Notes under the pieces: generated by a model
The model's database searches: none
Seen by the model: the letters and a program-made list of their open reading frames with translations, nothing else
Told to the model about the DNA's origin: nothing
In this document: positions 7,793 through 15,809 of the stretch, piece by piece
How the letters are laid out: the number at the start of each line of letters is the position of its first letter
Numbering within the stretch: position 1 is the first letter of the stretch
NCBI RefSeq assembly: GCF_000155895.1
Contig: NZ_DS995298.1
Coordinates: 270,001 to 302,000, forward strand
Direction: 5' to 3'
DNA: 32,000 nucleotides
From: Candidatus Pelagibacter sp. HTCC7211
Lineage (GTDB): Bacteria; Pseudomonadota; Alphaproteobacteria; Pelagibacterales; Pelagibacteraceae
Translations under genes and position numbers: made by a program

Positions 7793-8512
7793 GTGAATAT
7801 AATTGTATTGCAACACATTAAAATTGAAGATCCTGGCTACATTAAAGATTTGATGTTAACAGATAGGGTCAACTTAACCACCATAGAATTAGACGAAGGT
7901 GAAAAAATTCCAAACGATCTTAGTAAGTTTGACGGGATGTTTTGCATGGGAGGTCCAATGGATACTTTTATGGAGAAAGAATATCCTTGGTTAATTGAAG
8001 AAAAAAAAACAATTAAAGATTTTGTGATAAATTTAAAAAAACCTTATCTTGGTTTTTGTTTAGGTTGCCAGTTATTAGGTGAAGTTGTCGGAGGCAAGGT
8101 AGTGAAATCAACTCCAGCAGAGATCGGTATTATGGACATTCATTTCTCACAACAAAAAGATGAAGATAGATTATTTTCACAATTTCCAAATCAGATTAAA
8201 AGTTTGCAATGGCATTCCTATGAGGTTCAGGGTATTGAAAATAATAAGGATGTAACTTTACTGGCTTCATCACCTATAACTAAATATCAAATTTTTAAAT
8301 ATCAAGATCACGCATATGGAATTCAATTTCATATAGAAATTAAAGATACTACAGTCAATGAATGGGGATGTGTTCCAGAATATAAAAAAGCTCTTGAGGA
8401 TCAGTTGGGAGATGGTGCTCTAGAAAAATTTGATAACGCAGCAAAAGATAATATGTCCGATATGAATAGCTATTCTAAGATCTTGTATCAAAATTTTAAA
8501 AAAATATTATGA
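7793..8512 (+). CDS. Class I glutamine amidotransferase (GATase1, COG0518-like stand-alone domain)
   Basis: 239 aa from a GTG start. The N-terminus 'NIIVLQH...EDPG' fits the family. Nucleophile elbow 'GFCLGCQLL' and His/Glu of the triad in 'GIQFHIE'. Confidence 0.8.
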   Translation: MNIIVLQHIKIEDPGYIKDLMLTDRVNLTTIELDEGEKIPNDLSKFDGMFCMGGPMDTFMEKEYPWLIEEKKTIKDFVINLKKPYLGFCLGCQLLGEVVGGKVVKSTPAEIGIMDIHFSQQKDEDRLFSQFPNQIKSLQWHSYEVQGIENNKDVTLLASSPITKYQIFKYQDHAYGIQFHIEIKDTTVNEWGCVPEYKKALEDQLGDGALEKFDNAAKDNMSDMNSYSKILYQNFKKIL

Positions 8513-8730
8513 AGAATAAATTTTTTGAATGGGCAGGAGTTGTTACTGCTATTTTATATTCATTATTTGTTGCACTAAATATTGGAATAGAATTTTTAGG
8601 TTTCTGCTTATTACTTTTATCAGCAATTTTAATTGGTATTTGGGCTTATAGGGGTGGTCACAAAGGAATATTATTATTACAATTTTTTTATGCAACAGCA
8701 GGAATTGTTGGAATGATTAGATGGTTTTAG
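8509..8730 (+). CDS. 73-aa three-TM membrane protein resembling the N-terminal half of PnuC-type vitamin transporters
   Basis: ATGA overlap with the GATase gene. Three hydrophobic spans. 'FEWAGVVTAILYSLFVALN' and 'ILLLQFFYATAGIVGMIRW' parallel E. coli PnuC 'WIEAVGTIAGLLCIGLASLE' and 'SLLLQVFFFAANIYGWYAW' as I recall that sequence. Confidence 0.5.
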   Translation: MKNKFFEWAGVVTAILYSLFVALNIGIEFLGFCLLLLSAILIGIWAYRGGHKGILLLQFFYATAGIVGMIRWF

Positions 8731-8777
8731 ATATGGACATGATAAAATTAAAAATTAAATTATAAAATATTTTTTTT

Positions 8778-10925
8778 ATGGAAAATTTAAATTTAGAAAA
8801 TGTAAAATCTTATGTAGATACCTTATGGGTTATTGATTGCGCTATATTAGTTTTTATTATGCAAGCAGGTTTTATGTGCATGGAAACTGGACTTTCTAGA
8901 CATAAAAACAGTATTAATGTTGCATTAAAAAATGCAGCCGATTTTGGAGTTTCAGTCGTTATTTTTTGGATTTTCGGTTTCGGTCTGATGTTTGGTTCAA
9001 GTTATAATGGTTTGTTTGGAACTGATTTGTTCTTTTTTAAAACAACCAACGCTGAATATATGACTTATTTTGTTTTCCAAGCAATGTTTGTTGCAACGGC
9101 AGCTACAATTATTTCAGGAGCTGTTGCAGAGAGAATGAAATTTAATGGCTATTTAATAATTACAATTTTAGCAACTGGAATTATTTATCCAATTGTAGGT
9201 CATTGGGCTTGGTCTTCGAGCTATTTAAGTAATATTGATAGTGCTAAAGAATTATTGAATGAAGTAGATCAGGTTACGTCGACAGGTTGGTTAACTAATT
9301 TAGGATTTGTAGATTTTGCAGGTAGCACAATAGTTCACTCAGTTGGTGGATGGATTGCTCTTTCAGCGGTAATAATTATTGGTCCTAGGATTGGCAAATA
9401 TTCTGAGTCAAATAAAGGAAAATTTACTGGCTCAAGTTTTCCTTTAGCCGTTCTTGGTACTTTAATTTTATGGTTTGGATGGTTTGGATTTAATGGTGGT
9501 AGTAATGGTGCAATGGATGAGGCTGTTCCATTAATTTTAATAAATACTTTTCTTGCTGCAGCGTTTGGCTTGTTAACAGGTTTAGGAACTTCATTTATAA
9601 TTTATAAAAAACCAGACCCTTTTTATGTTGTTCTAGGTCCTTTAGCGGGATTAGTAGCTATAACCGCAGGGTGTAATTCAATGACAACCGTAGTTGCAAT
9701 TTTTGTTGGAATAATTGGAGCACTAGTAGCAGTGCTAATTACAGAGATTTTAAATAAATATGAAATTGACGATGTAGTAGGAGCAGTACCAGTTCATTTA
9801 GGAGCAGGTGTTTGGGGAACTCTAGCGGTAGGTTTTTTTAGTGATTTAAATATTTTAGGAACAGATCTAACAAGACTAGAACAAATAAAAGCACAATTTA
9901 TTGGAGTTTTAACAATAGGAGCTTTTTCTTTTTTCGGATCATATATAATTTTAAGAATTTTAAATTATTTTTATCCATTGAGAGTTACTCCTCTACAAGA
10001 AGAGTTAGGATTGAATATAGCTGAGCATAATGCGGTTTCAGTAGAACATGATTTAATTTCAATTTTAGAAAAACAATCTCAAAGTGGAGATCTTGCTATT
10101 AGAGGGCCTCAAGATCCATTTACAGCAGGAGGTGTAATTGGACTTTATTATAATAAATTGATGAATAAGCTTGAGATTAGTGAAAAAGAAAAAGAAAAAT
10201 GGCGAAGTAGAATATCTAAAGAAGTAAATTTAGCAGTAAAAGTTCAAGAAAATTTCTTACCAAAAAGAGATTTACAAAATTACCCTGTACATGGAATTAA
10301 TATTGCTGCTAGAGAAGTTTCAGGAGACTTCTTTAGCTTTTATCCTCACAATGACAGTATTTATTTTATTATAGCCGATGTTGCTGGTAAAGGTGTTCAT
10401 GCAGGGATGGTAATGGCAAAAGCTTCAACTTTATTTGAAGTAATGTCAAGAGACCAGGTTGATCCAGATGAAATGATGTTTCATATGAACAATGATTTAT
10501 TTATCACTAAAACTTCTGGTATGTTTGTTACCTGTGTGCTTGGAAAATATGATCTAATTTCAGATGAAATCACATGGGTAAATGGTGGACATCAACCAGC
10601 TATAATTAGGAATGAGAAGGGTGAATACCAAAGTTTTGGTAGTGACGCACCACCAATGGGGGTTATTTCTCAAAAAGATAAATCAATTTATAAAATCAAT
10701 AAACAAGTTTTAAATGGAAATAAATTTTATGTTTTCACAGATGGGTTATCAGAGAGTTTAGATGAAGAAGGAAAAGAAATAGGCATAGATGGTTCAATTA
10801 AGATTATTGAGGATAATTATACAAAGGACTCGAAAAGACACTTATCAGATATTACTAAAAAAATAATTAAAATTTCTGGGCCTGGAAAATTAAGTGATGA
10901 TCTTACTTTAATATCAATTGGATAG
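8778..10925 (+). CDS. amt: Ammonium transporter (Amt/MEP) fused to a C-terminal PP2C/SpoIIE (RsbU-like) serine phosphatase domain
   Basis: 715 aa, uninterrupted. Amt motifs: 'IMQAGFMCMETG', 'DFAGSTIVHSVGGW' (His187), 'LWFGWFGFNGGS', 'AVPVHLGAGVWG' (His340), 'EELGLNIAEHN'. PP2C motifs from about aa 480 (nt ~10215): 'SGDFFSF', 'IADVAGKGVHAG', 'VNGGH', 'FVFTDGLSE', 'SDDLTLISI'. Confidence 0.9.
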   Translation: MENLNLENVKSYVDTLWVIDCAILVFIMQAGFMCMETGLSRHKNSINVALKNAADFGVSVVIFWIFGFGLMFGSSYNGLFGTDLFFFKTTNAEYMTYFVFQAMFVATAATIISGAVAERMKFNGYLIITILATGIIYPIVGHWAWSSSYLSNIDSAKELLNEVDQVTSTGWLTNLGFVDFAGSTIVHSVGGWIALSAVIIIGPRIGKYSESNKGKFTGSSFPLAVLGTLILWFGWFGFNGGSNGAMDEAVPLILINTFLAAAFGLLTGLGTSFIIYKKPDPFYVVLGPLAGLVAITAGCNSMTTVVAIFVGIIGALVAVLITEILNKYEIDDVVGAVPVHLGAGVWGTLAVGFFSDLNILGTDLTRLEQIKAQFIGVLTIGAFSFFGSYIILRILNYFYPLRVTPLQEELGLNIAEHNAVSVEHDLISILEKQSQSGDLAIRGPQDPFTAGGVIGLYYNKLMNKLEISEKEKEKWRSRISKEVNLAVKVQENFLPKRDLQNYPVHGINIAAREVSGDFFSFYPHNDSIYFIIADVAGKGVHAGMVMAKASTLFEVMSRDQVDPDEMMFHMNNDLFITKTSGMFVTCVLGKYDLISDEITWVNGGHQPAIIRNEKGEYQSFGSDAPPMGVISQKDKSIYKINKQVLNGNKFYVFTDGLSESLDEEGKEIGIDGSIKIIEDNYTKDSKRHLSDITKKIIKISGPGKLSDDLTLISIG

Positions 10926-10955
10926 TAGAAAACTTTTGAACAATATATTTTCGTT

Positions 10956-12095
10956 TTAATTAAAGCTCGAAATTATTTTTGGAATATAATTTTTGAAATT
11001 AAAAAAACCTTTGTTGCAAAATTGCCAAGCAAGTTGGTCAAGATCTCTGTACAAAAAATTTAACTTTAAATTATTTGAACTTAGATAATCTAAATTTTCA
11101 CCAACAGTTGGATATAAACAATAATAATTTTCAATATTTTTAATTTCACTTATATCGATAACTTCACAATTAATAGATCTATCTTTTAACCTTTGTTTTT
11201 GATCCTCTATTAAAAGGGATTTAAATTTTACTAATTTTTCACTGAGTTTTATGCATCTATTTTCATTTTTGTTTGAAATTATATAAATTTTTTCAAATTT
11301 ATTTTCCTTAAAGTCAGTGATTTCAAAAGATAGATTGTTTTCAAAAACTAACAGATTTTTTTCATCTATATTTCGTGGGTTATTAAATTCTTTTTTAACT
11401 AAAGAATAAGATTTCTCAGATATCTTAGGAAAAGCATTTTCATTTAACTTAATATTTTTAAATCTATTATTAGTAAATTTTTTAATATTCCACTCACTTG
11501 CCAAATAATGTTTACCTTGAGTTTGAATTCCAGCCACCCATCTCCATCCAAGAGTATTTGATGCAGCATCCCCATCGTAAAGATGTTTCATAAAAAATTC
11601 AGCACCTAATTGCCAGGGTAATTCCAGAGTAAATATCCAAATACTTGCAAACCACATTCTAGTGTGATTATGAAGATAGTTGTTTTCTTTAAGCTCATTT
11701 ACCCACTGATTAAAGCATTCTAAGTCAGTTTTTCCTTCAATTGCATCTAGATAATTTTGTTTATCTTTAAATTCATTTCTAAGATTATTTAGTTCCATTA
11801 AAAAATCTGACCAAACATTTGGTCTTAATTCTAGCCAACCTTTCCAATAAACACGCCACAAAACTTCTTGAATAAATTTTTCATTTTTTGTAAATGAAAA
11901 TTTTTTAAGTGATTTATCGATAACTTCTAATTCACTTATAATCCCGTGAGTAATGTAGGGAGATAAACATGAAATATTTGATCTATTATCAGGACCAAAA
12001 TCAAAATTTCTTAATTTAGAATATTGAGAAAGATTACTTTCAACAAAATGATTTAATTTATCAAGGGCCTTAGCCCTCGAAGCTTCAAATATCAT
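10956..12095 (-). CDS. Photolyase/cryptochrome-superfamily protein with inverted topology (N-terminal FAD/catalytic domain, unrelated C-terminal domain; NewPHL-like)
   Basis: 379 aa. The protein starts directly with FAD_binding_7-type motifs: 'YSKLRNF......ISCLSPYITHGIIS', 'QEVLWRVYWKGW', 'NNYLHNHTRMWFASIW', 'LYDGDAASNTLGWRWVAGIQTQGKHY'. There is no N-terminal alpha/beta photolyase domain. About 165 extra residues follow the catalytic domain. Confidence 0.7.
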   Translation of the reverse strand: MIFEASRAKALDKLNHFVESNLSQYSKLRNFDFGPDNRSNISCLSPYITHGIISELEVIDKSLKKFSFTKNEKFIQEVLWRVYWKGWLELRPNVWSDFLMELNNLRNEFKDKQNYLDAIEGKTDLECFNQWVNELKENNYLHNHTRMWFASIWIFTLELPWQLGAEFFMKHLYDGDAASNTLGWRWVAGIQTQGKHYLASEWNIKKFTNNRFKNIKLNENAFPKISEKSYSLVKKEFNNPRNIDEKNLLVFENNLSFEITDFKENKFEKIYIISNKNENRCIKLSEKLVKFKSLLIEDQKQRLKDRSINCEVIDISEIKNIENYYCLYPTVGENLDYLSSNNLKLNFLYRDLDQLAWQFCNKGFFNFKNYIPKIISSFN

Positions 12096-12101
12096 ACTAT
12101 T

Positions 12102-12482
12102 TTATCTTGATTTTTTTTTTTTAAGACCTAATTTATCACTATGTCTTAGTCTTAATATGACGATTGCAGCTGCAATAAGAACTATAGCTACAGCCTCATA
12201 CACCAATGCAGTTGGATCCATCTCTTTGCCTTGAAGTATTATAAATCGAGCAAGAGCAGTGATCGCAATTAAAAGGGGTAGAGTAATACTAATTGATTGT
12301 TGATCCCAAAATACTCTGACCATTGCAAGAACCTCTAAATATAGAAACATTAAAAGCAAATCAGCTAGTGTTACCGATTGATTAAGAAACATATTTTTAA
12401 TTTCGATACCAACTGCAATTACAGTGCTTATTAAAATAATACACATTAAAATTAGCTGTAAATTTTTTGCTATTTTTTCCAT
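12102..12482 (-). CDS. PsiE-like (phosphate-starvation-inducible E family) small membrane protein
   Basis: 126 aa, four hydrophobic spans. 'LLLMFLYLEVLAMVRVF...LPLLIAITALARFIIL......LVYEAVAIVLIAAAIVIL' parallels E. coli PsiE 'VYFLYFEFIALIVKYF...FVYIGITAIVRLII' as I recall it. Confidence 0.5.
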   Translation of the reverse strand: MEKIAKNLQLILMCIILISTVIAVGIEIKNMFLNQSVTLADLLLMFLYLEVLAMVRVFWDQQSISITLPLLIAITALARFIILQGKEMDPTALVYEAVAIVLIAAAIVILRLRHSDKLGLKKKKSR

Positions 12483-12943
12483 TACTTATCTTTACTAAAT
12501 GGTAGCCACTTTTCAAATACTGATTTTGATGGTCCATCATAAGGTATTGAGTATGAGCTAGGATTAGGACTTGTTAAAACTTCAATTCCCTTAGAGAAAA
12601 CAAAAATAAAAACTATTACGAAGACAATTACCATTATTTTAAATGGGTCAAAATTTTTTGTTTTAAAAACACTATTCGATTGTGCCTCAGCTTTGTGGAA
12701 ATTTTTAAAAGTCATGTAAACTGCAAATATTAAACCAATATGTGCAATATAAAGACCTGCCCAGCCGAATGCAAAAGTTGTGTATGAAAAAACATATAAA
12801 CTAAAAACTGTTGTCCAAATAAAACTTAAAACTAATAGAATTTGGAGTCTTACAGTTTTAGGAAGAGACCTAAGGTCATTCTTGCTGTCATCAAATAATA
12901 TATTTGCAGCATCTATCATCCAGTTTTTTAATGATTTCATCAT
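12482..12943 (-). CDS. Hypothetical integral membrane protein
   Basis: 153 aa with three clear hydrophobic spans and no family recognised. Its stop overlaps the start of the downstream PsiE-like gene by 1 nt (TAATG on the minus strand). Confidence 0.5.
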   Translation of the reverse strand: MMKSLKNWMIDAANILFDDSKNDLRSLPKTVRLQILLVLSFIWTTVFSLYVFSYTTFAFGWAGLYIAHIGLIFAVYMTFKNFHKAEAQSNSVFKTKNFDPFKIMVIVFVIVFIFVFSKGIEVLTSPNPSSYSIPYDGPSKSVFEKWLPFSKDK

Positions 12944-13000
12944 TTATAACTATAATATTTGATATTATGGACAAATGTCAAATTGTCCTAAGTTTAATAA

Positions 13001-14182
13001 TTACAGTTTTTTCTTGTTAAAATTTATGAATCTTTCAACATTTGATTTGTTAAATGTTTTGTTTTCTTCAAAAGACACTTTTTTCATTGAGTAAGCCGAA
13101 CTTTTAGTTTGTCTCGACTCAATGATAATATTTCCTTTATAAAGTTTCAGTTTAACTGACCCATTAACTTTATTTTTATTAAGATCTACAATTTTTTGAA
13201 GTTTAAATCTTTCTTTAGAGTACCAAAAACCATTATAGATAAGTTCTGCATATCTTGGCATTACTTGATCTTTTTTATGCATCGTATCTTTATCAAGAGT
13301 TACAGATTCAATTGCTCTATGTGCATGAATTAATAATGTTCCTCCAGGTGTTTCATATACGCCTCTAGACTTAATTCCAATAAATCTATTCTCAACTAAA
13401 TCAACTCTTCCAATTCCATTTTTACCTGCAAGCTGATTAAGTTTTTCTAATAGTTTTGATGCAGATAATTTTTTCCCATTTATTCCAAGTGGGTCACCAT
13501 TTTTAAAATTGATAGTTACATAGCTTGGTCTATTAGGTGCTTTTTCTGGTGAAGTAGTTCTTTGAAATATAAATTCAGGCGCAGAATTTTTTGGGTTTTC
13601 TAAAACTTTTCCCTCAGTCGATGTGTGAAACAGATTGTCATCAACTGAAAATGGAGGAGCTCCTTTTTTATCTTTAGGGATAGCTATCCCATGTTTTTTC
13701 GCATAATTAATTAGGTCTGTTCTTGATTTTAATTTCCAAATTCTCCAAGGCGCAATAATTTTTATTTTTGGTCCAAAATAATGATAACCTAACTCAAATC
13801 TAACTTGGTCATTACCTTTTCCAGTTGCTCCATGTGCAACAGCATAAGCTTTATATTTTTTTGCAACTTTTATTTGGTCTTTTGCGATTAGTGGTCTTGC
13901 AATTGATGTTCCAAGTAAATAAACACCTTCATAAATTGCGTGGCCTCTAATCATTGGATAAACATAATCTTTTACAAATATATCTTTTAAATCTTTAATA
14001 ATAATATTTTTAACACCAAATTTTTTTGCATTTTTGATAATTTTTTTTCTGTTAATTTCTTGGCCAACATCTGCGGTATAACAAATAACTTCCGCATCAT
14101 AATTTTCTTGAAGCCATTTTAAAATTATAGAGGTATCTAGCCCCCCAGAATAGGCTAACACTATTTTCTTTTTTGATTTCAT
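13001..14182 (-). CDS. argG: Argininosuccinate synthase
   Basis: 393 aa. 'KIVLAYSGGLDTS' ATP-PPase motif, 'AHGATGKGNDQVRFE', 'SVDDNLFHTSTEG', 'GRVDLVENRFIGIKSRGVYETPGGT'. Confidence 0.95.
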   Translation of the reverse strand: MKSKKKIVLAYSGGLDTSIILKWLQENYDAEVICYTADVGQEINRKKIIKNAKKFGVKNIIIKDLKDIFVKDYVYPMIRGHAIYEGVYLLGTSIARPLIAKDQIKVAKKYKAYAVAHGATGKGNDQVRFELGYHYFGPKIKIIAPWRIWKLKSRTDLINYAKKHGIAIPKDKKGAPPFSVDDNLFHTSTEGKVLENPKNSAPEFIFQRTTSPEKAPNRPSYVTINFKNGDPLGINGKKLSASKLLEKLNQLAGKNGIGRVDLVENRFIGIKSRGVYETPGGTLLIHAHRAIESVTLDKDTMHKKDQVMPRYAELIYNGFWYSKERFKLQKIVDLNKNKVNGSVKLKLYKGNIIIESRQTKSSAYSMKKVSFEENKTFNKSNVERFINFNKKKL

Positions 14183-14185
14183 TAA

Positions 14186-14698
14186 TTAACTACAAGCTTT
14201 TTTTGTAGCGTTATAAGCTTTTGTAAAACCTAATAAAGAATAATGATCTATTGTTTGAGAACCTTTTTGATTGTAGCCGGTAATCATAATTCTAGATCCT
14301 TTTTTCATTCTTTTGATCATTCTATTTTCAATCTTGGTGTCTGCAATCCATGCGAAACCTTGCTCCTTAATATCAAACTTAAATTTATTTTTACCAGAAG
14401 CAGCTGTTATCGAGTTGTTTTTGTTAAATTCATAACCAGCGGTTACACTAACTTCATTAATTATTTTTTCTGCAGGTCTAAAAGCAATAAATAATTTAGC
14501 ATCTCTTTTATTTGATTTCGGTGCTTGTAAGATGGGTGATGATTGTGCAAAACAAACTTTTCCAGTTGCCTCAGTAACAACCATTGCTTCCCAATCTTTA
14601 AATTTACCGATTTTCTTTATTTCATCTGCAGATGATTGTGCGAGTAAGCTAAGAAAAAATATTGGTAAAATAATAATAATTTTTTTAATTATGGACAT
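14186..14698 (-). CDS. Secreted IalB-like (invasion-associated locus B family) protein
   Basis: 170 aa. Signal peptide MSIIKKIIIILPIFFLSLLAQSSA. 'DWEAMVV....KVCFAQS' and C-terminal 'YSLLGFTKAYNATKKAC' resemble the alphaproteobacterial IalB family pattern (W...C..., SLxGFxxA). Confidence 0.5.
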   Translation of the reverse strand: MSIIKKIIIILPIFFLSLLAQSSADEIKKIGKFKDWEAMVVTEATGKVCFAQSSPILQAPKSNKRDAKLFIAFRPAEKIINEVSVTAGYEFNKNNSITAASGKNKFKFDIKEQGFAWIADTKIENRMIKRMKKGSRIMITGYNQKGSQTIDHYSLLGFTKAYNATKKACS

Positions 14699-15726
14699 GG
14701 GTTTGGATATATTGTTTGTACATTATTAATTTCTTTAATGATATCATCAGACAAATTAACATTTACACTTTCTATGTTAGTTTTCAACTGCTCCATTGTA
14801 GTTGCACCAATGATAACTGAAGTTACAAATGGTTGGATTTCTAAAAATTTGAGCGACATTTGTGCTAAATTAACATCGTACTTATTAGCTATTTCATAGT
14901 AAGCATCTACAGCTTTTTCAGTATTAGGCTTTGCATATCTTGTCCAAAAATTTGGATCTCGCTCTATTCTTGAATTCTTTGGTATTTGATTATTTCTGTA
15001 TTTTCCTGATAAGTATCCACTTGCTAGAGGAGAGTAGGCCAACAGGCCAATTTCTTCTCTAATTGATATTTCAGCTAATCCAACTTCATAAGTTCTATTG
15101 AGTAAACTATAAGGATTTTGTACAGACATCATTCTTGGCAAATTTTTATCTTTTGAGAGCTCCAAATATTTTGAAACACCCCATGGAGTTTCATTTGATA
15201 ATCCAACTTCTCTGATTTTGCCGTCATCTACAAACCTTTTTAGGTTTCCAAGAACATCCTCAAATTTATTCCAATTTCCATTTTCTTTATGTTCATAACC
15301 TAATCTTCCAAACATATTAGTATTTCTCTCCGGCCAGTGAAGTTGATAGAGATCAATATAATCTGTTTGTAGTCTTTTAAGGCTATCATTTACTGCTTCG
15401 GTCATTTTATCTAAACCGTAATTATTTCCGCCACCTCTCAAATAAGCTCTCATAGGTCCTGCAACTTTTGATGCTAAAATTACTTGATCTCTCTTTTTCG
15501 TTTTTTTAAACCAGTTACCAATTATAATTTCTGTGTGACCAAATGTTTCTGCTTTAGGTGGAACAGCATAAAGTTCTGCAGTATCCCAAAAATTTACTCC
15601 TTGATCTAAAGCATAATCCATTTGCTCAAAACCTTCTTCTTGAGTGTTCTGTTCTCCCCATGTCATTGTACCGAGACAAATTGTACTTACATCAAGATTA
15701 GTATTCCCTAGTTTTTTGTAATTCAT
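14689..15726 (-). CDS. NADP-dependent aldo/keto reductase (Tas-like)
   Basis: 345 aa. 'LGTMTWGEQN', 'DTAELYAVPP', 'ILASKVAGP', 'DYIDLYQLHWPER', 'REVGLSNETPWG', 'LLAYSPLASG'. Closely parallels E. coli Tas in organisation. Confidence 0.85.
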   Translation of the reverse strand: MNYKKLGNTNLDVSTICLGTMTWGEQNTQEEGFEQMDYALDQGVNFWDTAELYAVPPKAETFGHTEIIIGNWFKKTKKRDQVILASKVAGPMRAYLRGGGNNYGLDKMTEAVNDSLKRLQTDYIDLYQLHWPERNTNMFGRLGYEHKENGNWNKFEDVLGNLKRFVDDGKIREVGLSNETPWGVSKYLELSKDKNLPRMMSVQNPYSLLNRTYEVGLAEISIREEIGLLAYSPLASGYLSGKYRNNQIPKNSRIERDPNFWTRYAKPNTEKAVDAYYEIANKYDVNLAQMSLKFLEIQPFVTSVIIGATTMEQLKTNIESVNVNLSDDIIKEINNVQTIYPNPCP

Positions 15727-15809
15727 AAAGCTTTTTGCATAATTCAGATATTTTTAATCTTCTAAGGCATCTTGAATAATTAGTAAAAGACTATTATATA
15801 TTACTCATT

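Noticed and set aside
12969-12988. Inverted repeat GGACAA-atgtcaaa-TTGTCC between the argG stop and the start of the next minus-strand gene, considered as an argG terminator.
   Set aside because: On the minus-strand transcript the 6-bp stem is followed by 'ataatatc' rather than a U-tract, so it is not a canonical intrinsic terminator. The stem is short and could arise by chance in a 57-bp AT-rich spacer.
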